This document shows, one piece after another, positions 18,819-27,265 of a stretch of 64,000 nucleotides of DNA; position 1 is the stretch's first letter; each line of letters starts with the position of its first letter. The position numbers and the translations under genes are program-made. The DNA comes from Chloroflexota bacterium (lineage in GTDB: Bacteria > Chloroflexota > UBA11872), in the NCBI GenBank assembly GCA_965198185.1, contig CBDAOU010000002.1, positions 1,986,904 through 2,050,903 on the forward strand, read 5' to 3'. The notes beneath the pieces are model-generated. The model was not told where the DNA came from and searched no databases. It was given only the letters and a program-made list of their open reading frames with translations.

Positions 18819-19576
18819 AGCGATCCTTGAGACACCCCACAGGCAGGGCAAACGACGTCGCTAGGTTCTATGCCCTGGTCGACCGCCTGGAGGCCGGCGT
18901 TGGCGGCACCCGGGTGCTGGCCGACTGCAACGGCAAGCTTAACTGGCCGCGGCGGGGCGTCTACTTCTTCTTTGAGGATGGGGAGATTCGCTCGCGGTCT
19001 GGTGCCGGACTCCGGGTGGTGCGCGTCGGCACTCACGCGTTGAAACGCCGCGCCCGGACCACAATCTGGGGGCGGCTCTCGCAGCATCGCGGCGTAGCGC
19101 GGACCGGCGGCGGGAATCACCGTGGATCAATCTTCCGCCTGCTCGTGGGCAAGGCGCTGGCTCACCGGGGGGACCTTCCCCTGCCGCAGTCGTGGGGCGT
19201 TAAGGGTGACCTCGGCGCGGCGGCACGACGATTCGGTGTGGACCGCCCTGCAGGCAAGCAAGACGAGTCTGCGTTGGAGGTGCTTGTCAGCAAGCACATC
19301 GGCGCCATGCCGTTCCTTTGGCTCAATGTGGACGACGCGCCCGGGCCTGACAGCCAGCGCGCCGCAATCGAGCGACACGCCATTGCCCTGCTTAGCGGCG
19401 GGGATGACGGCGGATCATCCCTCGACCCGCCGTCGGACGGCTGGCTCGGACGCTTCAGCGACCGCGATCTCGTGCGCCGCTCCGGCCTCTGGAACAACCG
19501 CCATGTCGGGGAGCGCTATGACCCTTCCTTCCTTGATGTGTTGGCCGAGCAGGTTGACGCAACTGAGCCTCCCTAG
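18767..19576 (+). CDS. GIY-YIG nuclease-family protein with a C-terminal domain of unknown function. Overlaps the upstream gene by 52 nt.
   Basis: WPRRGVYFFFEDGE ... RVVRVGTHAL ... TTIWGRLSQHRG ... RGSIFRLLVG fits the GIY...YIG...R...H/E core. ATG at 18767 is the only start that keeps the conserved FYALVDRL N-terminus. Confidence 0.6.
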   Translation: MADREVSRPPGPRSTAVERSLRHPTGRANDVARFYALVDRLEAGVGGTRVLADCNGKLNWPRRGVYFFFEDGEIRSRSGAGLRVVRVGTHALKRRARTTIWGRLSQHRGVARTGGGNHRGSIFRLLVGKALAHRGDLPLPQSWGVKGDLGAAARRFGVDRPAGKQDESALEVLVSKHIGAMPFLWLNVDDAPGPDSQRAAIERHAIALLSGGDDGGSSLDPPSDGWLGRFSDRDLVRRSGLWNNRHVGERYDPSFLDVLAEQVDATEPP

Positions 19577-19654
19577 CGTGCCGGATCTTCCCGGATACGG
19601 TTCGCCAATTTGGCCTGATGAATTGCGGTCAGCCGAGGAAATGGGCACGTCCAG

Positions 19655-20281
19655 CTAGCTCAACCACCGCTCGAACAGGGCCGCGCCGCCAAGGGCAAGG
19701 AAGGCGACTAGGACGTTCTTGATGAGGCGTCCGGCCCATGAGGCGACGAAGAATCGCTTCCAGCCGAGGCCGGCGGCGCCCGCCACCGCGCCCGCAATGT
19801 CGAACACGGGGTTTGGCGTTGCGGCGATGACGAATACCACCACAAGGCCCCAGCGCCGGATCCAACCCTCGACCCGCTGGTAGGCCTTTTGCCGGCGAAT
19901 CCAGGGCGACCCGGTGACGCCCAGCAGGTACGACACCATCTCGCCGATGACCTGACCCGTGGTGCCCACCAGCGCCGGCAGCCAGGGGTCGCCGAACACG
20001 ATGGCGAAGGCGCCGATGCTGGCGAAGCCGAACCCCGGAAGCATGAACAGCGCGCCGGACTGCACCGACAGGATGAACAGCAGGAGGAATCCCGCCAGCC
20101 CGACCGCGCGGATCTCGCCGGCGAACGGGATGGCGGCGATGCTGCCGGCCATGGCCACCACGAGCAGCACGATTTGCGGCGCCAGCAACCGCCGGCTGGA
20201 CGGTCGGGGCGGATCCTCGGAGGGTGTTGCGGCTCCGGGATCCGCCGGCTGCGAGGCGGGGTTCGTATCCTCAGCCGTCAT
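19655..20281 (-). CDS. DedA/SNARE-associated (VTT-domain) membrane protein.
   Basis: Multi-TM protein with the DedA-type motif G..G...G.P...W. Confidence 0.65.
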   Translation of the reverse strand: MTAEDTNPASQPADPGAATPSEDPPRPSSRRLLAPQIVLLVVAMAGSIAAIPFAGEIRAVGLAGFLLLFILSVQSGALFMLPGFGFASIGAFAIVFGDPWLPALVGTTGQVIGEMVSYLLGVTGSPWIRRQKAYQRVEGWIRRWGLVVVFVIAATPNPVFDIAGAVAGAAGLGWKRFFVASWAGRLIKNVLVAFLALGGAALFERWLS

Positions 20282-20301
20282 CGAAACCGCTTACGCCAGC
20301 C

Positions 20302-21123
20302 ATGCCCGAGTTGCCCGAAGTCGAGACGATTCGACGTGATCTCGCTGCCGCCATCGTGGGTCGCCGCGTGTTGCGGTCCGAGGTTCTCGACGCAAGCCTA
20401 GTCCACGCACCGTCGGTCGCGGCGTTCAGCCGCGGGCTTTGCGGAAAGACCGTGCAGCTCGTGGGTCGCCGCGGGAAGTATCTGCTGGTGCACCTGGATG
20501 ACGGCGTGCTGGTGCTGCACCTGATGATGAGCGGCCGCATCTTCCTGCGGCCGGCGGACGATCCGGTGGAGCACACACGGCTGATCGTCGAATTCGACGA
20601 GGGACCAGCGCTGCACTTCGTGGACACGCGGCGCTTCGGCAGGGCCTGGCTGCTGCCGCCGCCGGCGATTGACACGCTGTTGGCGAGCCTGGGGCCGGAG
20701 CCGTTGGAGCCAGGATTCGACGGGCGCGTCCTGCACACCGCGCTGGAAGGACGCCGCCGGGCGATCAAGCCCACGTTGCTGGATCAGCGGATCGTGGCCG
20801 GCGTGGGGAATATCTACGCGGATGAGGCGCTGTGGCTGGCCCGCATCCACCCGGACACTCCAGCCGGATCGCTGAGCCTCCGGCGACTCGACAACCTCGC
20901 GCGGGCGATCGTCGCCACGCTGCGGGCCGGCATCGAGCACGGCGGCACGAGTTTTCGCACGCACGTTGGAAGCGACGGCGAGCGCGGGCGGTACCAGGAG
21001 CGGCTCAACGTCTTCCAGCGCACCGGCGAGCCTTGCCCGCGCTGCGGCCGCGCCATCGAGCGGTTGGTGATCGGGCAGCGGGGCACGCACATCTGCCCCC
21101 GCTGCCAGCGGCGCCGCGCCTAG
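20302..21123 (+). CDS. mutM: Formamidopyrimidine-DNA glycosylase.
   Basis: N-terminal MPELPEVE and the C-terminal zinc finger CPRCG...CPRCQ. Confidence 0.9.
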   Translation: MPELPEVETIRRDLAAAIVGRRVLRSEVLDASLVHAPSVAAFSRGLCGKTVQLVGRRGKYLLVHLDDGVLVLHLMMSGRIFLRPADDPVEHTRLIVEFDEGPALHFVDTRRFGRAWLLPPPAIDTLLASLGPEPLEPGFDGRVLHTALEGRRRAIKPTLLDQRIVAGVGNIYADEALWLARIHPDTPAGSLSLRRLDNLARAIVATLRAGIEHGGTSFRTHVGSDGERGRYQERLNVFQRTGEPCPRCGRAIERLVIGQRGTHICPRCQRRRA

Positions 21124-21162
21124 GCGAGCTTGCGATCGCCCTGGTTGACCCGGGAACGGGCA

Positions 21163-21193
21163 CCCTTCGACAGGCTCAGGGCGAACGGGCGAG
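21163..21193. repeat. Dispersed REP-like element CCCTTCGACAGGCTCAGGGCGAACGG between convergent mutM and rqcH.
   Basis: Shares a 26/27-nt core with 45949-45975 and the GCTCA...CGAACGG core with the 27162 array. Confidence 0.6.
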
Positions 21194-21198
21194 GTGGG

Positions 21199-22890
21199 TT
21201 AGCCGTCGTCCGCGAGCGGCGCGACGCGGATGGTTCGGTGGCGGCGGTAGGTGACCTGACCCGGCCCGGCCCCACGGATCGCGCGCACGTGACGGCGGCG
21301 GGTGACGTCCACGTCGACGGCGGTCGAGGCGTGGCCGGCGCTCAGGTACGCGGCGATCCGCGCCACCGCGTGGATTAGCTCTGGCGCGGGATCGTCGCCC
21401 GGATCGCGCAGCAGGACGTGCGCTCCCGGCATGTTGCGGGCGTGAAACCAGAGATCGTCGGGCGCCGACTCGCGAAACGTGAGGCGATGGTTTTCCGCCG
21501 CGGTGCGGCCGGCGACCACCTGGCGCCCCTGGATGCGGCGCACCGCCGCCGCCGCGGATTCCGGCCTTCGCTTGCGTCGCGGCTGGCGCAGGTAGCCCGC
21601 CTCGGCGAGGAGGCCTTCGATCTGGCGCGAGACGGCCGGTGAATCCGACCGTCGCAAGTCGTCCGCCGCCTGCCGCAGAAAGGCCAATTCCAGCTCCGCC
21701 CGTCGCAGTCGTCGTGGAACGAGACGCGCGGCGCGCTTCAAATCCCGATAGCGCGCGAAGTAGGTCTGGGCGTTGGCGCCGACCGACTTGGCGGGGTCGA
21801 GCGTGAGCCGCTGGCCGTGCGCCTCGAAGTGGGTAGCGCCGGCCGGTATGACGTGGGCGTATTCCAGCAAGGCCGCGCCGGCGGCTCGCGCGGCGCTGAT
21901 GTCGGCGCCAGTCGGCACCGCCGCGCGCAGCGAAGCGATGCGACGTTCGACCCGTGCAATCGCCGTGTTCAGCGGCTCCAGCACGCGAGATTTCACCGTA
22001 TCCACAGCGGTCGGGGGTTCGTCCGCCTCGTAGTAGCTCTCTAGCGCTTCGCTCATCGAGCCGACCGGCTGGCAGCTACGGTCCAGGTGGGTCAGCGGGT
22101 AGGGGGCATAGGCCTGCCAGCCGCCGTCGATGGGCACCAGACACGGCTGCGCCGCGCCGGCGTCGATTCCAGCCGCGATATCGCGCAGGGCTGCGAGCGC
22201 CTCCGGCCAGGCGGCAACGTCGCGGCTTGAGATTCCGGGATCCACCCCAGCGCGCGCCAACGACTCGCGGGCGAGCGTGGGGCTCACGCCCGCCGCCGCC
22301 TGCAGCAGGGCGCGCCAGGCCGGCACGCCCCGTGCGGCTTGCGTCGCCACGTCGGCGGGCGCGGCAATGCTTGGGCCAGGCAGGGACAGTTGGGCAGGTG
22401 GCTGGTACGGCGCGCGCGGCATCAGGCGGCGGCGACCTCCGTCGCCGCTGACCCGCCGCAGCGCATCCCGAATGAGCCCCTGCTCGTCCACCAGGATGAC
22501 GTTGGCCTGCCGGCCAATGATCTCCACGATGACGCGGTGCTCAGCCACCGGCCCGTCCGGGTCGGGGCGCGCGCGCACCTGCAAGACCAGCACACGTTCG
22601 AGGGGAAGCTGCGTCGCGCCGACGAGACGGCCGCCGCGCACCCACTTGCGCAACAGCAGGAGCAGCGGACTGGCGGGCGCCTTGCCGGCGTGGAGCCGTC
22701 CGCTCACAAAGTGCACGCGGGAGTGAACCGGGCCGGCCTGAATCAGCAGGTGATGCGCCGCGCGGTTGGCGTAGATTTCCAGCGCGATCTGGTTGGGCTC
22801 GGGCGCCGCAACCCGCTGAATGCGTCCGCCGACGGCCCGGTCCTCGATCTCGCGGCGCACCGCTGCCAGCGTGAGCACGTCAAAGTTCAT
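21199..22890 (-). CDS. rqcH: NFACT-family ribosome quality-control factor (RqcH/FbpA-like) with a C-terminal NFACT-R/DUF814 domain.
   Basis: N-terminal MNFDVLTLAAV...IQRVAAPEPNQIALEIY, a coiled-coil middle, and C-terminal FHARNMPGAHVLL. Confidence 0.75.
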   Translation of the reverse strand: MNFDVLTLAAVRREIEDRAVGGRIQRVAAPEPNQIALEIYANRAAHHLLIQAGPVHSRVHFVSGRLHAGKAPASPLLLLLRKWVRGGRLVGATQLPLERVLVLQVRARPDPDGPVAEHRVIVEIIGRQANVILVDEQGLIRDALRRVSGDGGRRRLMPRAPYQPPAQLSLPGPSIAAPADVATQAARGVPAWRALLQAAAGVSPTLARESLARAGVDPGISSRDVAAWPEALAALRDIAAGIDAGAAQPCLVPIDGGWQAYAPYPLTHLDRSCQPVGSMSEALESYYEADEPPTAVDTVKSRVLEPLNTAIARVERRIASLRAAVPTGADISAARAAGAALLEYAHVIPAGATHFEAHGQRLTLDPAKSVGANAQTYFARYRDLKRAARLVPRRLRRAELELAFLRQAADDLRRSDSPAVSRQIEGLLAEAGYLRQPRRKRRPESAAAAVRRIQGRQVVAGRTAAENHRLTFRESAPDDLWFHARNMPGAHVLLRDPGDDPAPELIHAVARIAAYLSAGHASTAVDVDVTRRRHVRAIRGAGPGQVTYRRHRTIRVAPLADDG

Positions 22891-23732
22891 CGCGGATCGA
22901 GGATCGTGGGCTCCGGGCTCGACGGGGCCGGAGGGAAGGCGTCCCACCGACGCTCGACCCATTGAGTAGCGACCGTTGCCGCAGTCTGCACCGCCTCGCC
23001 AAGCCGGCCCGTGCGCTGGAGGCTCACGAACAAGGCAGTCGCAAACACGTCGCCGGCGCCGGTTGGACCGGCATCGGTCACCCGGCGCACGGGCACTTCC
23101 GAACAGCCGCCGTCCGCAAACACCTGCACCGGCAGCGGACCGCGGGTGAGCACGCCGACTTTCGCCCGCTGGAGATATCCAACACCGGCCACAGGGTCGA
23201 ACTGGATGTCTTCGCTGCTGAGCACGAGCACGTCAATCGCGTCGAGAAACGCCTCCGCGTCGGGCCAGTCTCCGCCATACACGGCGCCGTCGGCGGCCAC
23301 GCGGCGGAGCAAGCCCTGCGCGGTGAGGCCCGTGACTTCGGCGTGTGGCAGTTGGCCGAGCAATTCGGGGCCGATCTCGCCGACGACCGGCGCCAGGTGC
23401 ACGACGGCGAACTCTTGCGGCAGCCCAGCCAGGTCGGCGGTCTCGACGGCAGGAGCAACCACCGGGGCGTGCTGGGTTCGGCCGTGCGACCCATACGTGT
23501 TGCGCATCGCTGTTGTCGCCGCGGCCGGGCGAGCAATCCACCGAATGCCCGGGCATGCGGTTGCCAGCGCGTCCGCGTCGGCCGCGGCGGCGCGGGCGAC
23601 CGCCGTGACCTGCATTCCAAGCCGCTGCGCCACGAGGCTGCTGTAGAACGCCGTCCCGCCGAACTCCCAGCCCGACGGGTGGAGGTCGCGGGTGACGTGC
23701 CCGACCGTCAGGTAGGTCGAGCCGCGGCGCAC
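22887..23732 (-). CDS. PfkB-family carbohydrate kinase (ribokinase-like).
   Basis: DAGPTGAGDVFATA matches the PfkB signature 2. Confidence 0.7.
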   Translation of the reverse strand: MRRGSTYLTVGHVTRDLHPSGWEFGGTAFYSSLVAQRLGMQVTAVARAAAADADALATACPGIRWIARPAAATTAMRNTYGSHGRTQHAPVVAPAVETADLAGLPQEFAVVHLAPVVGEIGPELLGQLPHAEVTGLTAQGLLRRVAADGAVYGGDWPDAEAFLDAIDVLVLSSEDIQFDPVAGVGYLQRAKVGVLTRGPLPVQVFADGGCSEVPVRRVTDAGPTGAGDVFATALFVSLQRTGRLGEAVQTAATVATQWVERRWDAFPPAPSSPEPTILDPR

Positions 23733-23742
23733 CGCAGCCGTG

Positions 23743-24603
23743 CTAAGCCTTCGGGCTGATCACGACCCGACGCTCATCGCCTTCACCGATGCTATAGGTG
23801 CGGACGTTTTCGTCGTCGGCCAGGGCCACGTGGATGAGCCGGCGTTCATTGGCCGGCATGGACTCGAGCGTCACGGGCTCCTGGGTCTCGGATACCTCGT
23901 CCGCGAGAGTCTCGGCGAGCTCCTGCAGGTGATCGGCGCGGCGCGCGCGATAGCTATTGACGTCGATGAGCACGCGGCACGGTTGGCCGAGTTGCCGTCC
24001 GGCCATGAGGTTGATGAGGTAGCCGAACGACCGCAGCGTGGACCCATGCCTTCCGATCAGCTTGGAGAAATCGTCGTCGCCGACGACGTTGAAGGCGAGC
24101 GGGTCTTCGTCGACGAGCTCGATCTCCGCGATGAAGCCCATGCGATCGAGCATGCCGGCGAGCATGTCCTCGACGATGTCCTGCAGCTCTTCGCCGCTCT
24201 CAACCAGAGAGCGAGACGCGCGGGGGCGGGGCGCGGGTTGCTCCGCGACCGGCGCCTCGCTGGGTTCCGACACGGTTGGAGCGGGCGGCGGCGGCGGTGG
24301 GACGGCCGGCTCGCTCGGCTCGGCGACGCGGGCGGGGGGCTCCACGTCCGGCTCGGCCGGGGGCTCATGCTCCGCCTCGTCGATGGTGGCGGAAAAGGGC
24401 CGCTCGCGGCGCACGACGCGCACGCGCGCTTCGGCATCCCGGCGCAGCAGGCGCGAGCCGCCACTGGACAGGATTTCGACGTCAACGTCGTCGATGGTGG
24501 CATTGAGTTGCCGCAGCGCCTGCCGCAGCGCCTCTTCAACAGATGCGCCGGTCGCTTCGACGCTCTCTGGAGCGTCCGGGGAGTCGGTTGGATGGTCAGC
24601 CAC
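23743..24603 (-). CDS. khpB: RNA-binding protein KhpB/Jag (Jag_N, KH and R3H domains) with a Pro-rich insert.
   Basis: Jag N-terminal domain, a KH-like region and the C-terminal R3H motif (ERRLIHVALAD). It sits immediately downstream of yidC as in the canonical cluster. Confidence 0.75.
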   Translation of the reverse strand: MADHPTDSPDAPESVEATGASVEEALRQALRQLNATIDDVDVEILSSGGSRLLRRDAEARVRVVRRERPFSATIDEAEHEPPAEPDVEPPARVAEPSEPAVPPPPPPAPTVSEPSEAPVAEQPAPRPRASRSLVESGEELQDIVEDMLAGMLDRMGFIAEIELVDEDPLAFNVVGDDDFSKLIGRHGSTLRSFGYLINLMAGRQLGQPCRVLIDVNSYRARRADHLQELAETLADEVSETQEPVTLESMPANERRLIHVALADDENVRTYSIGEGDERRVVISPKA

Positions 24604-26236
24604 TGCGCCTCCTTCGACGTCGCCGTCGCCGCGGTGTGGTCGTCACACCCTCGCCACGGAGCTGGTCCGCGGCTTCGCTGTTTTCGTCGTCATCCGATGT
24701 CTTGGGCTCGGTCGGCGCGACCTTGCGAGCCGTCATATCGCGCGCGATGGGCCAGTGCGCGGGAATCAGCGCACCGGTTCCGGTTGTGAAGTATTGCTGC
24801 ACGATGGCAATGATGCTGGAAATCACCCAATACAGCACCAGACCCGCTTGGAACGACCAGGCGAAGATGACCACGATGATCGGCATGAACTGCATCACCC
24901 GGTTCACGGTTGCCTGCTGCCCCTCGGCGGTCTTCGAGGCCATCATGCGGGCTTGCGCGAACTGGAACGCGCCCGCCAAGAGCGCCAACAGCGAGATATA
25001 AAACCCACCCGTCCCGAACACGTCTTGTTGGATGGGAATCCGAGTGAAGCCGGCGTTGCCGGCGGCGGTTTGTCCCTGCCGACTGTCCCACCACTTTTGC
25101 ACGTACTGTTCGCCGTCGGTTTCGCCCGGCGCCCAATAGACGTACGCCTCGCGGGCCAGGGGATAGTTCTCGTCACGCAGCGCCGCCACATGCGCCGAGA
25201 AGGCGCGTTCGGCGCCGTCGGCTTCAATGTTAATCATGCGAATGTCCTCGCGCAGGATCGGCCCCGAGATGCCGAGCGCTCCAGGGTCGGCGATGAGATC
25301 CGCGACATAGTCATCGACCGTTGCCCGCAACTGAACGATCCGCGGCGGGATGGTCTCGCCGTCGAGGAGCAGCTCCGAGAGCAGGTCTCGACTGCCGATA
25401 TCGTTCCCGAGGCCAAAGATAGTGATCGGGCCGGCGGGCAGGCCGAGCTGAGACCAATTGGTGATCTCGCCTCGCAGAATCTGAGCGGCTTCGGCCTCCG
25501 TGAGTCGCGTGAGGGGGCGATCGCGCTCCACGACGAACGCGGCCGCCTGCATCAGTCGAGCTTCCGTGGTGCCCGGCGGGAATTGGCCAAGCTCCAGCCG
25601 ATCACGGACGAACGCGGCGCTCGCACGCCCGCTCGAAACCGCGGCCGCCGAATCGCCAGGATCGACGGTATCCACCGTGAAGCGGAAATTGGCGTTTTGG
25701 CCCGCAAACTCCGCCGCCACCTGCGATTCCAACGGGGTGATCGGAAACGTGGTCGCCAGATGCACGTCGGTGGGGGCCGTTGGGCTGGACTCGCCGAGGA
25801 CCGGAATCGTCGCGTCCTCACGCGCCAGGTTGAACCAGAGGAACTGCTCGTTGAGGAGCCCACGACCGCTCAAGGTGAGAATGCCGCCGTAGAGCGCGAG
25901 CAGGATCGGCAGCTGCACGAAGATGGGCAGGCAGCCCGAGAGCGGGCTGACGCCGTGCTCCTTGTAGAGACGCATCGTGGCCTGCGACTGCGCCTGCCGG
26001 TCGTTCCTGAACTTGCGGCGGATCTCGGCCATTTCGGGCTGTAGGACCTGCATGCGCCGTTGCGAGCGGATCTGCTTCACGGTGAGCGGGATCATCAGCG
26101 TCCGAATCGCGATCGTGAACAGAATGATCGCGATGGCATAGCTCCCGACGCCGTCGCGGATGAGACTGAGAACCTCGCTGAGTGGGTTGACGGCCCACGT
26201 CTGCCAGGTTTCGCCGATGCTGGAAAAGAGTTCCAT
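24596..26236 (-). CDS. yidC: Membrane protein insertase YidC with a roughly 270-aa inserted extracytoplasmic substrate-binding-protein-like domain.
   Basis: Conserved YidC core TM segments (PLTVKQIRSQRRMQVLQPEMAEIRRKF, GCLPIFVQLPI). A long non-YidC insert lies between core TMs. A Lys/Arg-rich tail follows. Confidence 0.8.
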   Translation of the reverse strand: MELFSSIGETWQTWAVNPLSEVLSLIRDGVGSYAIAIILFTIAIRTLMIPLTVKQIRSQRRMQVLQPEMAEIRRKFRNDRQAQSQATMRLYKEHGVSPLSGCLPIFVQLPILLALYGGILTLSGRGLLNEQFLWFNLAREDATIPVLGESSPTAPTDVHLATTFPITPLESQVAAEFAGQNANFRFTVDTVDPGDSAAAVSSGRASAAFVRDRLELGQFPPGTTEARLMQAAAFVVERDRPLTRLTEAEAAQILRGEITNWSQLGLPAGPITIFGLGNDIGSRDLLSELLLDGETIPPRIVQLRATVDDYVADLIADPGALGISGPILREDIRMINIEADGAERAFSAHVAALRDENYPLAREAYVYWAPGETDGEQYVQKWWDSRQGQTAAGNAGFTRIPIQQDVFGTGGFYISLLALLAGAFQFAQARMMASKTAEGQQATVNRVMQFMPIIVVIFAWSFQAGLVLYWVISSIIAIVQQYFTTGTGALIPAHWPIARDMTARKVAPTEPKTSDDDENSEAADQLRGEGVTTTPRRRRRRRRRSG

Positions 26237-26251
26237 GGCGCGGGCCCGCGG

Positions 26252-26449
26252 CTAGGGCACCGGGTCGAAGCCGCCGGTGGCGAAGGGATGGCAGCGCGCC
26301 ATACGGCGCAACGCCAACCAGATTCCACGCGCCGCGCCGTGGCGCTCGACGGCGAGATAGGCAAATTCGGAGCAGGTGGGTTCGTAGATGCAGTTGGCCC
26401 CGAGGCCCCCGGACAGCCACCGCTGGTAGCCCCGAATCAACGCGAGCAT
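26252..26449 (-). CDS. yidD: Membrane protein insertion efficiency factor YidD.
   Basis: MLALIRGYQRWLS...CIYEPTCSEFA...RCHP matches the YidD signature. Confidence 0.8.
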   Translation of the reverse strand: MLALIRGYQRWLSGGLGANCIYEPTCSEFAYLAVERHGAARGIWLALRRMARCHPFATGGFDPVP

Positions 26450-26457
26450 CGGGCGCT

Positions 26458-26808
26458 TCACGCGAGGCTCGGTGCCTGCGCGGCGCGCACCCCCGCCAAG
26501 GATTTGGCGACGGCGCGCGTGAGGCAGCCCCACGGGGCGTCGCCCGCCGGCGGGCGGGCCTGGGCCACCATATCGACGACCGGCCGAATCGTTGCAGTGT
26601 GCGGCTGGAACGCCGCCCGCAAGCGGCGGCGCATGCGGTTGCGCGCAACCGCCGTGCCGAGCCGGCGCGGCGCCGTGATGGCCAAGCGGGTCGTCTCCGC
26701 CGAGCCTGGGGCGACAAACAGCACGAAATAGGGGCAGGTCACTCGCGTGCCGCGCCGCCGCACGCGCGCGATGTCGGTGGCGCGGCGCAGCCGATGACGA
26801 TTGTTCAC
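26458..26808 (-). CDS. rnpA: Ribonuclease P protein component.
   Basis: HRLRR...FVL...RNRMRRRLR matches the RNR motif. Position is between rpmH and yidD. Confidence 0.8.
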   Translation of the reverse strand: MNNRHRLRRATDIARVRRRGTRVTCPYFVLFVAPGSAETTRLAITAPRRLGTAVARNRMRRRLRAAFQPHTATIRPVVDMVAQARPPAGDAPWGCLTRAVAKSLAGVRAAQAPSLA

Positions 26809-26856
26809 GTCGTGCCCGCGCCGATGAAGCCGCTGCCCATCCCGAGCGCCAGCGGC

Positions 26857-26991
26857 CTAGACCGTGAGCCGCTTGCGACCCTTACGCCGCCGGCGGCGAA
26901 GAATTGCGCGCCCGGACCGGCTGGACATGCGTGCGCGAAAACCGTGCTCACGCTTGCGTTTGCGAACCTTGGGCTGGTACGTGCGTTTCAT
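26857..26991 (-). CDS. rpmH: 50S ribosomal protein L34. It is absent from the ORF track because it is under 60 aa.
   Basis: Reverse-strand translation gives [44 protein letters not shown] (44 aa), the canonical L34. Confidence 0.9.
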   Translation of the reverse strand: MKRTYQPKVRKRKREHGFRARMSSRSGRAILRRRRRKGRKRLTV

Positions 26992-27161
26992 CGGTGGGGA
27001 AGTGCGCGGCGACAAGACATGCCGCGAGGTCGAAGTGTAGCACCGAGGGACACGCGACTAATGCGGTGCTTTCTCGGTGAGCCGCGTGGGACCGCGGGCG
27101 GGAAGTCGCGCCCGTTCGCCCCTTCGGTGAACTCAGGGCAGGCTCGGAGCGTGGTTCGACA

Positions 27162-27253
27162 GGCTCACCACGAACGGATCGGCAGGCTCACCACGAACGG
27201 ATCAGCGGGCTTACCGCGAACGATCTGGGGGGCTCATGGCGAACGGACAGGGC
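27162..27253. repeat. Tandem array of 4 x 23 bp (GGCTCACCACGAACGGATCGGCA and variants), plus a degenerate fifth copy upstream. It lies between the gltA stop and the rpmH start.
   Basis: Direct reading. Copies start at 27162, 27185, 27208 and 27231. The unit is related to the dispersed GCTCAGGGCGAACGG element. Confidence 0.85.
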
Positions 27254-27265
27254 CGGCTGTCGCGA

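Noticed and set aside
19577-19654. Possible att-type direct repeat of the tRNA-Ala 3' end at the distal edge of the islet.
   Set aside because: Only a GGTTC pentamer and a weak GGCGAACCGTATCC resemblance to the REP core are present. There is no convincing duplicate of the tRNA 3' segment.
24038-26044. 668-aa plus ORF opposite jag/yidC.
   Set aside because: Ser/Arg/Ala-rich antisense frame. The minus-strand genes are canonical.
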